A stretch of DNA of 45,754 bases from an uncultured Anaerolineales bacterium. GTDB lineage: Bacteria > Chloroflexota > Anaerolineae > Epilineales > Epilineaceae. The stretch is taken from NCBI GenBank assembly GCA_964415605.1, contig CAYQBA010000011.1, forward strand, positions 1-45,754, written 5' to 3'. The notes below the pieces were generated by a model that was not told where the DNA came from, ran no database searches, and was given only the letters and a program-made list of their open reading frames with translations. This document shows positions 18,374-26,613 of this stretch, piece by piece. Each line of letters begins with the position of its first letter. Within the stretch, counting starts at the first letter, position 1. Both the position numbers and the translations under genes were made by a program.

Positions 18374-19056
18374 CGACGTCTGGGTCGACAGGGGGCGTGC
18401 CAGGGACGAACGGGTCCGCGGCGGCGCCGGCCATGGCGGCCGACAGCGACGCCGCGTTCGCGGCGCAGCTGCGGCGGATCTTCGAGGACAGCATGGCCGT
18501 CAAGCGGGCGGTGGTGGACGGGCAGCTGCCGGTGCTGGCCGCCATCGCCCGCCTGTGGGCCGACGCCCTGACGCGGGGCGGCAAGATCCTCCTGTTCGGC
18601 AACGGCGGCAGCGCCGCCGACGCCCAGCACCTGGCGGGCGAGCTCGTCAGCCGCTTCCTCGTCGAGCGGCGCGCACTGGCCGGCATCGCGCTGACCACCG
18701 ACACCTCGATTCTCACCGCCATCGGCAACGACTACGGCTTCGACCGTGTCTTCGCGCGCCAGGTCGAGGCCCTCGGGCGGCCGGGCGACGTCGCGGTGGG
18801 CATCAGCACCAGCGGCCGCTCGCCCAACGTCCTGGCGGGCATCGACGCCGCGCGCGCGCTGGGATTGACCACGGTGGGCTTCACCGGCGCCGGCCGCGAG
18901 GGGCTGGCCGAGCGGGTGGACATCTGCTTCCACGTGCCGTCGCGGCACACCCCGCGCATCCAGGAATGCCATCTCGCGGCCGGCCACGCGATCTGCGAGA
19001 TCGTCGAGCGCGTCTTCAGCGACGCCGGCCACGGGGACGCCGACGGTCGGGCGTAG
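18370..19056 (+). CDS. gmhA: D-sedoheptulose-7-phosphate isomerase (SIS domain)
   Basis: The ATGA overlap joins it to hddA. Motifs: '[21 protein letters not shown]', '[18 protein letters not shown]', '[11 protein letters not shown]', 'IQECHL..GH'. Confidence 0.8.
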   Translation: MTTSGSTGGVPGTNGSAAAPAMAADSDAAFAAQLRRIFEDSMAVKRAVVDGQLPVLAAIARLWADALTRGGKILLFGNGGSAADAQHLAGELVSRFLVERRALAGIALTTDTSILTAIGNDYGFDRVFARQVEALGRPGDVAVGISTSGRSPNVLAGIDAARALGLTTVGFTGAGREGLAERVDICFHVPSRHTPRIQECHLAAGHAICEIVERVFSDAGHGDADGRA

Positions 19057-19100
19057 GCTCCACCCGGTAACGGGCGACCGCCGCCGCGCGTCTTTGAGGT

Positions 19101-20225
19101 GTGATGCAGCACGGAAAGACGGCCATGCGCGCCGCGACCGCTCCCACGCCCGCCCAGACGGTGGCGCCGCCCCGACCGCGCCTGCGGCCGATCGAGTGGC
19201 CGCTGGCCGTGCCCGTGGCGACCGCGGTCGGGCTCGCGCTCGTCGGCGCGCGCGAGGGCCTCGGCGTGCCGACCGTGCTCGTGGGGTGGATCGGGGCGAT
19301 CTTTGCCGTCTGGAGCGTGGCCTACTGGGGCTTCGTCGGCGCGCGCGGCGCCTCGGTCTACGCCCGGGCCGCGGCGTGGCTGGCGCCGTGGGTGCTGGCC
19401 GTCGCGGCGGTGCTGGCCGTGGCGTGGTGGGCCGACGGCGCCGGCTGGCTGTGGTACCGCCTGACGGGCTACAACCTCACGCCGGCCGAGTCGACGGCGC
19501 AGGCCGCGGCCGCGTCGCGTGCCGCGTTCCTCGATCGCTGGCCCGTCTTCGTCGCCGATGCCGGCGATCCGACGGTCGTCCGGCTGCCCGCCGGCCCGCA
19601 CGTGTTCACGCGCACCGTCGTGGTGCCGCGCGGCGTCGCGCTGATCATCGAGCCGGGCGCGGAGCTGCGCTTCGGCGCGGGCAGATCGCTGGCGGCCTTC
19701 GGCGCGATCCAGGCGCGCGGCACCGCCGAGCGGCCCATCGTGTTCACCGCGCGTCACCCGGCGCTGAAGTGGGGCAGCGTCGCCGTGATCGGCGCCCCCG
19801 CGTCGGCCTTCGCGCATGCCCGCTTCGCCCACGCGCGCCAGGCGAACATCGACGGCATCGAGCTGACGGGCGGCCTGTCGCTCGTCGACACCGACGCCGA
19901 GGTCGCCTTCAGCACCTTCGGGCCGATGTTCGGGAAGGACGCCATCTACGTGCGCGGCGGCGACGTGCGGATCCACGACAATGTCGTGCGCGATGCCTTC
20001 ATCGACGGCATCGACTTCGACGGCGGCCGAGGCGTCGTGCGCGACAACCGGTTCGTCGACTGCGGCGACGAGGGCATCGACCTGAGCGGCGACCTCGTGC
20101 TCGACGTCTTCGACAACACCGTGCTCGACCGCCGCGGCGGCCGCGTCGCGGCCGAGGCCGAGGCCATGGCCACGGCCATCGTGCTGCGCAACACCCTGGG
20201 ACATAGCGCGGCATCGCATCCTTGA
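19101..20225 (+). CDS. Membrane protein with an extracytoplasmic parallel beta-helix domain (paralogue of the CotH C-terminal module)
   Basis: Three or four N-terminal TM helices are visible ('WPLAVPVATAVGLALVG','VLVGWIGAIFAVWSVAYWGF','AAWLAPWVLAVAAVLAVAWW'). 'TRTVVVPRGVALIIEPGAELRF...GTAERPIVF' and 'DGIDFDGGRGVVRDNRFVDCGDEGIDLSGD' are collinear with residues of the 13436..16540 product. The exact start is uncertain (GTG 19101 or ATG 19104). Confidence 0.7.
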   Translation: MMQHGKTAMRAATAPTPAQTVAPPRPRLRPIEWPLAVPVATAVGLALVGAREGLGVPTVLVGWIGAIFAVWSVAYWGFVGARGASVYARAAAWLAPWVLAVAAVLAVAWWADGAGWLWYRLTGYNLTPAESTAQAAAASRAAFLDRWPVFVADAGDPTVVRLPAGPHVFTRTVVVPRGVALIIEPGAELRFGAGRSLAAFGAIQARGTAERPIVFTARHPALKWGSVAVIGAPASAFAHARFAHARQANIDGIELTGGLSLVDTDAEVAFSTFGPMFGKDAIYVRGGDVRIHDNVVRDAFIDGIDFDGGRGVVRDNRFVDCGDEGIDLSGDLVLDVFDNTVLDRRGGRVAAEAEAMATAIVLRNTLGHSAASHP

Positions 20226-20317
20226 GCCGATCCCCGACGTCCTATTAGGCACGGCCGCGCGCGCGATCGCACGCACCGCGTGGCCCACTCTTTGGAACGC
20301 GGGGGATCGAACACCAC

Positions 20318-21529
20318 ATGCGGATCTTGCACATCACGCCGGCGCTGCAGCACCCCACCGTCCGGGGGCCGCATCGCCATTATCACTTTCTGCGCGAGCT
20401 GTCGCCGCGCCATGCCATCACCGGCCTGACGCTCATCCGCAGCGCGGTCGACGCCGGCGCGCTGCGCGAGGTCGGGGCCCATGCCGACGGCATGTTCGCA
20501 TACGACGTCGCCGACGGGACGCCGCTGCCGGGCCTGGGCTGGGCGGCGCGCCTGCCGGGGCTGGGCCCACGCCTCGCGCGGCACCTGCGCGTCCAGGGCG
20601 GGCTGCGCCAGATGCGCGCCACGTACCGCCGATTGGCGGCCAGCGGGCGCTACGACGTCGTCTTGTTTCACGGCAAGTCGGTGTTCCCGGTCGTCGCCGG
20701 CTGCCGGGCGCTGCCGATCGTGGTCGACTTCTGCGACGCCACGTCGATGCGCATCCGGCAGCGCGTCGACGCGGCCGGGCCGGTGAGGCGGTGGCTGTAC
20801 GCCGCCCGGTATGCCCAGGTGCGCCGCCTCGAGCGCCGGCTCGTGGCCATGACGCCGCACCGGGCCTTCATCTCGCCGCGCGACCGCGCGGCGGTGCTGG
20901 GCGACGCCGATGCCTCGCCGATCGTCCCCAACGGGGTCGACCTCGACTACTGGCGGCGCGCCGCGCCGGCCTGGCGGGGCCGTCCGCGCCTGGCGCTGAC
21001 CGGCGTCATGGACTATCAGCCGAACGCCGACGCCGCCACGGCCCTGATCGACCAGGTGCTGCCGCGCGTCCGGGTGCACCTGCCGGACGCCGAGGTCGTG
21101 ATCATCGGGCGGAACCCCGGCTCGGATCTCGTCGCGCGGGCGCGGTACGTGCCGGGGGTCACGGTGACCGGGTTCGTCGACGACATGCGGCCGCTCCTCG
21201 AGCAGGCGTCGGCGCTCGTGGCGCCGCTGCGGTACGCTTCCGGCACGCAAAACAAGCTGCTCGAGGCGAGGGCGATGGCCGTTCCGGTCATCGCGACGAC
21301 CGTGGCGGCCGAAGGCTTGCGGATCGACGGCACCCCGCCGCCGGTGCTGGTGGCCGACGACCCGGCCGGCATGGCCGACGCCTTCGTACGCGTCATCCGC
21401 GAAGCCGCCGTGCGCGATGCGCTCGAGGCGGCGGGGCCGCGTTTCGTCGCCGAGCGCTTCGATTGGGGCCGCAGTGCCGCCCGCCTGGAGGCGATGTGCC
21501 TCGCGGCGGTCGAAGGGGCCGCGGCATGA
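20318..21529 (+). CDS. GT-B fold glycosyltransferase (family 4-like)
   Basis: The N-terminus 'MRILHITPALQHPTVRGPHRHYHFLRELS' is typical. The C-terminal half has 'VIIGRNP', 'VTVTGFVDD', 'APLRYASGTQNKLLEARAMAVPVIAT' (the E-x7-E-like region). Confidence 0.75.
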   Translation: MRILHITPALQHPTVRGPHRHYHFLRELSPRHAITGLTLIRSAVDAGALREVGAHADGMFAYDVADGTPLPGLGWAARLPGLGPRLARHLRVQGGLRQMRATYRRLAASGRYDVVLFHGKSVFPVVAGCRALPIVVDFCDATSMRIRQRVDAAGPVRRWLYAARYAQVRRLERRLVAMTPHRAFISPRDRAAVLGDADASPIVPNGVDLDYWRRAAPAWRGRPRLALTGVMDYQPNADAATALIDQVLPRVRVHLPDAEVVIIGRNPGSDLVARARYVPGVTVTGFVDDMRPLLEQASALVAPLRYASGTQNKLLEARAMAVPVIATTVAAEGLRIDGTPPPVLVADDPAGMADAFVRVIREAAVRDALEAAGPRFVAERFDWGRSAARLEAMCLAAVEGAAA

Positions 21530-22335
21530 CCGCGCGCGGCGTGTCGACCACCGCCGCGGATCCGGCGGGAACGCCGGCGGCACGCGCGGCGGACGCCGGT
21601 TCGGGCTGGACGGCGACCATCGGCCGCAACCTCGGCCTCGGATCGATCGGCGTGTGGGTGTGGGCCCTCTTGCCGGCCGTGGCCATCGCCGGCGCCGCCG
21701 TGGCCGCGATCCTCGGGCGTGACGCCTACCGGCTGTACACCGGTGAGGACGGCATCGTGGAGTCGCTGCAGGTCGTGGCCTACGCGGTGGCCCTGGTCGC
21801 CGCTGTACGTCTGACCCGGCACCTGCGGGCGACCGGCGCCGCCTTATGGCTCGTCGGGCTCTATGGACTCCTGGTCGCGGGGCTGGTGTTCATGATCGGC
21901 GAGGAGCTGAGCTGGGGCCAGCGGATCGTGGGGTGGGGCACCCCCGACACCTTGGCCAGCGCCAACAAGCAGGCCGAGACCAACCTCCACAACATCTACG
22001 GCGTCGGCGACGCCTTCAAGTGGGTCCAGATGTTGGCCGGTGCCTACGGGGCCGTCCTTCCGTTCGTCGTCGGCCGGTCGACGCGGCTCGCGCCGCGCCG
22101 CGCCGAGCTGGCGTGGATCGTGCCGGCGTGGCCGCTGGCGCTCTACTTCGCCCCGATGTTCGCCTGGCGCGTCTACCGCAACGTGTTCCCCGACCCGGTC
22201 CGGTTCAACTTCCTCATCACCGAGTTCAACGAGGTCGTCGAGCTGATCTTTGCCCTCGGCATCGCGTGGTTCCTGGTGCTGCGCTGGCGCGCGGCTCGGG
22301 CGCCGGCCGTGCCAGGGCCCGCCGATCGGCCGTGA
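21526..22335 (+). CDS. Hypothetical polytopic membrane protein
   Basis: An ATGA overlap joins it to the upstream GT. At least six hydrophobic segments are visible. The motif 'MIGEELSWGQRIVGWGTP' is conspicuous. I recognise no family. Confidence 0.55.
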   Translation: MTARGVSTTAADPAGTPAARAADAGSGWTATIGRNLGLGSIGVWVWALLPAVAIAGAAVAAILGRDAYRLYTGEDGIVESLQVVAYAVALVAAVRLTRHLRATGAALWLVGLYGLLVAGLVFMIGEELSWGQRIVGWGTPDTLASANKQAETNLHNIYGVGDAFKWVQMLAGAYGAVLPFVVGRSTRLAPRRAELAWIVPAWPLALYFAPMFAWRVYRNVFPDPVRFNFLITEFNEVVELIFALGIAWFLVLRWRAARAPAVPGPADRP

Positions 22336-23552
22336 GCCCCGGCGAGCCGGCCTTGCCGGCGGCGGTCGTCATCGGCCTGGACTGCATGACAGGCCTCCAG
22401 ACGGCCCGGATCCTGGCCCGGCGCGGGGTGCCCGTGGTCGGCCTGGCGGCCGACGCGGCGCACCCGTGCGCCCGCACCCGGGTGTGCCGCGCGATCGTCG
22501 AGGGGCCCATCGACGGCGATGGGCTGATCCAGGCGCTGCGCCGGCTCGGCCCGGGGCTGGTCGCCGACGGCCGGGCGGTGCTCTATCCATGCACCGACGC
22601 CGCCGTCCTCACGGTCTCGCGCGGCCGCGGCGCGCTGGCGGAGTGGTATCACGTCGTCCTGCCGGCGCCCGAGGTCATCGAGACGCTGATGGACAAGCTG
22701 GCGTTCCACGCGTACGCCGAGGCGGCCGGGCTCCCGGTGCCGCCGGCATTCGTGCTCGGCGGCCGTGCCGACGCCGTCGCGGCCGCCCGGCGGCTCACCT
22801 TCCCGGCGGTGCTCAAGCCGCCCATCAAGACGGCGGCGTGGCAGGCGCACACCAAGGCCAAGGTCTTCCGCGTCGAGGACCCCGACGACCTCCTCGCCAC
22901 ATACGACCGCTGCCACGCCTGGGCCGATGCGCTGGTGGTCCAGGCATGGGTCGAAGGCACCGACGCGGACCTCTTCTCGTACAACGGCTACTTCGGATCG
23001 GACGGCGAGCCCTTGGCCGGGTTCGTCGCGCGCAAGCTGCGCCAGTGGCCGCCGGTGACCGGAACGAGCTGCCTGGGCGAAGAGTGCCGCAACGACACGG
23101 TGCGCGAGGTCGCCGAACGCCTGTTCCGCGGCATCGGCTACCGGGGCCTGGGCTACGTCGAGCTCAAGCGCGACCAGCGCACCGGCGAGCACTTCATCAT
23201 CGAGCCCAACGTCGGCCGCCCGACCGGCCGGTCGGCGATCGCCGAAGCCGGCGGCGTCGAGCTGCTCTACACCATGTACTGCGATGCCGTGGGCTTGCCG
23301 TTGCCCGCCGGGCGCACGCAGCGCTATACCGGCGTCAAGTGGATGCACCTGCGCCGCGACGTACAGTCGGCGCTGCACGAGTGGCGTGCCGGCCGGCTGA
23401 CTCCCGGTGCCTGGTGGGCCTCGTGGCGCGGCCGCAAGGCGCATGCGCTGTGGGATGCCGCCGACCCCGTGCCGTTCTTCGCCGACATCGCGCACGTCGT
23501 CGGCCTCGGGCTACGCCGGGGCGTTACGAATCCGGGCCGTCCGACGTCGTAA
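22332..23552 (+). CDS. ATP-grasp fold carboxylate-amine/thiol ligase-like protein
   Basis: A GTGA overlap joins it to the upstream gene. 'KLAFHAYAEAAGLPVPP', 'FPAVLKPP', 'LVVQAWVEG', 'GYRGLGYVELKRD..TGEHFIIEPNVGRPTG' follow the ATP-grasp order (K-loop, large loop, E/N Mg ligands). Confidence 0.7.
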   Translation: MSPGEPALPAAVVIGLDCMTGLQTARILARRGVPVVGLAADAAHPCARTRVCRAIVEGPIDGDGLIQALRRLGPGLVADGRAVLYPCTDAAVLTVSRGRGALAEWYHVVLPAPEVIETLMDKLAFHAYAEAAGLPVPPAFVLGGRADAVAAARRLTFPAVLKPPIKTAAWQAHTKAKVFRVEDPDDLLATYDRCHAWADALVVQAWVEGTDADLFSYNGYFGSDGEPLAGFVARKLRQWPPVTGTSCLGEECRNDTVREVAERLFRGIGYRGLGYVELKRDQRTGEHFIIEPNVGRPTGRSAIAEAGGVELLYTMYCDAVGLPLPAGRTQRYTGVKWMHLRRDVQSALHEWRAGRLTPGAWWASWRGRKAHALWDAADPVPFFADIAHVVGLGLRRGVTNPGRPTS

Positions 23553-23627
23553 CGTGTGCATGCGCATGTCGCGCGGCTTCGGAACCTTGTTGCTGTCGAC
23601 CGTCATTGGGATTGGATTGGGTGAGCC

Positions 23628-25286
23628 ATGGACCTCAACTTCGACCGCCGGTATTTGGACCTCATCGTTCGGTGGCTGTGGCTGATCGCGCTCGCATCGG
23701 CGGTGGCCGCGGGTGTGAGCTACTATTTCAGCAGCCAGGAGACCCTCAAGTACGAGGCCAAGGCGCGCCTGATCGTCGGCCCGGGCGTGGACAGCTCCAA
23801 GCCGAACATCAACGACCTGCGCACGAGCGGGGCCCTGATGCAGACGTACGCCGAGCTGGCGCTGACGCGGCCGCTCCTCGAGCGCGTGGCGTCGGCCCTC
23901 GGGCCCGACACCGACGCGTCCAAGCTGTCCAAGAAGGTGGAGGTGAAGGCCAACACCGAGACGCTGATCCTGACGATCCAGGCGACCGACACCGACCCCG
24001 AGCGCGCCGTGGCCATCGCCAACGCCATGGCCCAGGCCGTGGTGGACCTGCCCCAGACGTCGATGGAGGAGATCATCGAGGGCGTGCGGCAGCAGGTGGC
24101 CGAGATCGAGTCGGAGATCCAGCGGAGCTCCACCACGATCGACCGCCTCGAGGCGGAGCGCCAGGCGTCGACGGATCTCGCTCAGCAAAAGCTGTTGCAG
24201 GATCAGATCAAGGATGAGCGGAGCCACCTGACCGAGTCTCACAAGACGCTGGCCTCGCTGTACGAGTCCCTCCAGCAGACCGTGACCAACCAGGTCAAGC
24301 TGGTCGAGCCGGCGGTGGAGGCCGTGCAGGAGGCGTCGACGGTGCGCCTGAACGTCATGGTGGCGGCCCTGGCCGGCCTGGTGTTGTCGATCCTCGTGGC
24401 GCTCGTGGTCGAGTTCCTCGACACGCGGGTCAAGACCACCGACCAGCTCGCGGCGCTGTCCGCCGCCCCGCTGATGCTGGCGGTCAAGCGCCACGCGGCG
24501 CTCGATGGGACCGGCGTCGACCGGCTGGTCGTCAAGGCTCGCCCGGACGCCAAGGCGGCCGAGGGCTATCGGATGCTGGCCGCCCGCTTGCTGTTCGCCC
24601 GCGACGGCCAGGCCCCGCGCACCGTGATGTGCTGCGGCCCGGCTGCCGCCGGGGTGGACGACAGCGCGGAGGCGGCCGCCAACCTGGCCGTGATCCTGGC
24701 CGAGTCCGGCTACCGGGTCGTGCTGGTGGACGCGAACCTCGTCCGCCCCTCGCTGGCCGACATGCTGGGCATCGCGAATCGCGGCGGACTGGCCGAAGCG
24801 CTGCTGGGGAAGGAAGGGCGCGCGGCGCCCGCGGCGATCCCTTGGGCCCCCGGCCTGCGGGTTCTGCCCGCGGGCGGGGCGGCGCCTGAGGCCATGCGCC
24901 GCCTCGCCTCGCCACGCCTCGCGGAGGTCATCGCGGGGCTGTCCGCCGACGCCGACATCGTCATCGTCGTCACGGCGCCGGTGTTGGCGTCCGCCGAGAG
25001 CCTGGCGGTGGCGCCGCATACCGACGGCGTGCTCTTGGTGGCGCGCAGCGGGCGGGTGGATCGCGCGGTGATGGCGCAGGCCGCGGAACAGGTGCACGCC
25101 GTGCAGGCGGTGTTGTTCGGCGTGGTGCTGACGCAGGCGCGGCGGCCGGGCACGGCCTCGCCGCGGCCCGCCCCCGGCGCGTACGCGCCGGCGCCGATGG
25201 TCGTCGAGGTCTCGCGGCAGCCGCGCGGCGAGCTCATGCTGCCGCTGGCCGCCCCGCGGGTGGCCTCCGATCCGCCGGCGACTTGA
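23628..25286 (+). CDS. Wzz/PCP-2-type polysaccharide co-polymerase with a degenerate (pseudo) BY-kinase domain
   Basis: An N-terminal TM 'LWLIALASAVAAGVSYYF' is followed by the Wzz motif 'YEAKARLIVGP', a long coiled-coil periplasmic region and a second TM 'VMVAALAGLVLSILVALVV'. The C-terminal MinD/BY-kinase-like domain has 'VMCCGPAAAGVDDS', 'VVLVDANLVRP' and 'DIVIVVTAPV' in place of canonical Walker A, A' and B. Confidence 0.75.
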   Translation: MDLNFDRRYLDLIVRWLWLIALASAVAAGVSYYFSSQETLKYEAKARLIVGPGVDSSKPNINDLRTSGALMQTYAELALTRPLLERVASALGPDTDASKLSKKVEVKANTETLILTIQATDTDPERAVAIANAMAQAVVDLPQTSMEEIIEGVRQQVAEIESEIQRSSTTIDRLEAERQASTDLAQQKLLQDQIKDERSHLTESHKTLASLYESLQQTVTNQVKLVEPAVEAVQEASTVRLNVMVAALAGLVLSILVALVVEFLDTRVKTTDQLAALSAAPLMLAVKRHAALDGTGVDRLVVKARPDAKAAEGYRMLAARLLFARDGQAPRTVMCCGPAAAGVDDSAEAAANLAVILAESGYRVVLVDANLVRPSLADMLGIANRGGLAEALLGKEGRAAPAAIPWAPGLRVLPAGGAAPEAMRRLASPRLAEVIAGLSADADIVIVVTAPVLASAESLAVAPHTDGVLLVARSGRVDRAVMAQAAEQVHAVQAVLFGVVLTQARRPGTASPRPAPGAYAPAPMVVEVSRQPRGELMLPLAAPRVASDPPAT

Positions 25287-25293
25287 GGCGGCC

Positions 25294-26613
25294 ATGCCAG
25301 AGCTGCTTGCGCGCACGCTGCGGGCCTTCGACGGCGCCGAGCTGAACTACTGCGTGTTGCGCGACGCCGATCGCCTGGCCGATCTGGCCGGCGGGGGGGA
25401 GATCGATGTTCTGGTGGACCCCGGGCACATCGACGCGCTCCGCCGGTGCGTGGCGCGGCTCGGGTTCGCGGAGCTCTCGCGCCCGGGGCATGCGCCGCAT
25501 CACTTCTTCGTCGGCTACGACGCGGCGGCGGACGGCTGGCTGAAGCTCGACGTCGTGACCGCGATCGCCTACGGGCGTCCGTCGCACGCCTGGCGGACGC
25601 CGCTGGCGGGGCCATGCCTGGCCCATCGCCGCCGCACCGGCGCGGCCGTCGGCCCCGCGGCCGAGGAGGGGCTGGTCACGCTGCTCCTGCACTGCGTGCT
25701 GGACAAGGCGGCGTTCCCAGAGGCCGACCGCGCGCGCCTGCGGGCGCTGGCGGCCGCGGCGCGCGACCATGGCCGCGTGACCGACCTGCTTGACGCCGGG
25801 GGGGCAACGATGTGGACGGCCGCGGCCGTCGCCGCGGCCGTCGCCGGCGAGCAATGGGCGGAGCTGCTCGGCGCGCGGGCGGCGATCGGGACGGAGCTCG
25901 ACCGGCGGGACCCGGTGGGCACGCCGGTGCGGCGGCTGCGCGACCGGTTCATGCGCAAGGCGGACCGCCTGCGGCGGATGGTGCGCCCGCAGCTGCCGAT
26001 GGTCGCGCTCCTGGCCCCGGACGGCGCCGGCAAGTCCAGCTTGGCCGACGGGCTGGCGCGGGCATTCCCGTTTCGCGTGCACATGGCCTACATGGGGCTG
26101 TACCAGCAGGGTGCGCGCCGGCGCGCGTGGTCGCGCGTCAAGGGGCTGGGGCTGATCGGGCACCTGGCCACCCAGTGGGCGCGCTACGGCGTGGCGCGCT
26201 GGCAGCAGGGTCGCGACCGGCTGGTGGTGTTCGACCGCTATCCCTACGACGCCTATCTGCCGGCGGCCCGACGCGAGGGCGCGCTGCGCCGTGCGCGGCG
26301 CTGGCTCCTGGCGCGGGCATGCCCGGCGCCGGACATGATCGTGCTGCTCGACGCCCCGGGCGCGGTGCTGTACGCCCGCAAGGGTGAGCACGACCCGGCG
26401 GCGCTCGAGGCCGCGCGACAGCGCTACCTGGCGCTGCGCGCCTTCCTGCCGCGGATGACGGTGGTCGACGCCACCCGACCGGCCGACCGTGTCCGGCGTG
26501 ACGTGACGGCCCTGATCTGGCGGCACGTCGCGACCCGGTCGGACGACCGCCATCGCAGCGCCGCCTGCGTGGCCGACGCAATGGCTGACGGCGGCGTGAT
26601 GGGGGCGCCATGA
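25294..26613 (+). CDS. Two-domain protein: nucleotidyltransferase-like N-domain + P-loop kinase (paralogue of 1495..2250)
   Basis: The N-terminal half has 'ELNYCVLRDADRLADLAGGGEIDVLVD', a Pol-beta-type NTase-like G..(D/E)xD strand. The C-terminal half has 'LLAPDGAGKSS' (Walker A), 'LVVFDRYPYD' and 'IVLLDAPGAVLYARKGEHD', collinear with 'LIGPDGAGKTT...LVVFDRHFFAD...VVCLDAPAEVLFARKGEG' in the first operon. Confidence 0.65.
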   Translation: MPELLARTLRAFDGAELNYCVLRDADRLADLAGGGEIDVLVDPGHIDALRRCVARLGFAELSRPGHAPHHFFVGYDAAADGWLKLDVVTAIAYGRPSHAWRTPLAGPCLAHRRRTGAAVGPAAEEGLVTLLLHCVLDKAAFPEADRARLRALAAAARDHGRVTDLLDAGGATMWTAAAVAAAVAGEQWAELLGARAAIGTELDRRDPVGTPVRRLRDRFMRKADRLRRMVRPQLPMVALLAPDGAGKSSLADGLARAFPFRVHMAYMGLYQQGARRRAWSRVKGLGLIGHLATQWARYGVARWQQGRDRLVVFDRYPYDAYLPAARREGALRRARRWLLARACPAPDMIVLLDAPGAVLYARKGEHDPAALEAARQRYLALRAFLPRMTVVDATRPADRVRRDVTALIWRHVATRSDDRHRSAACVADAMADGGVMGAP

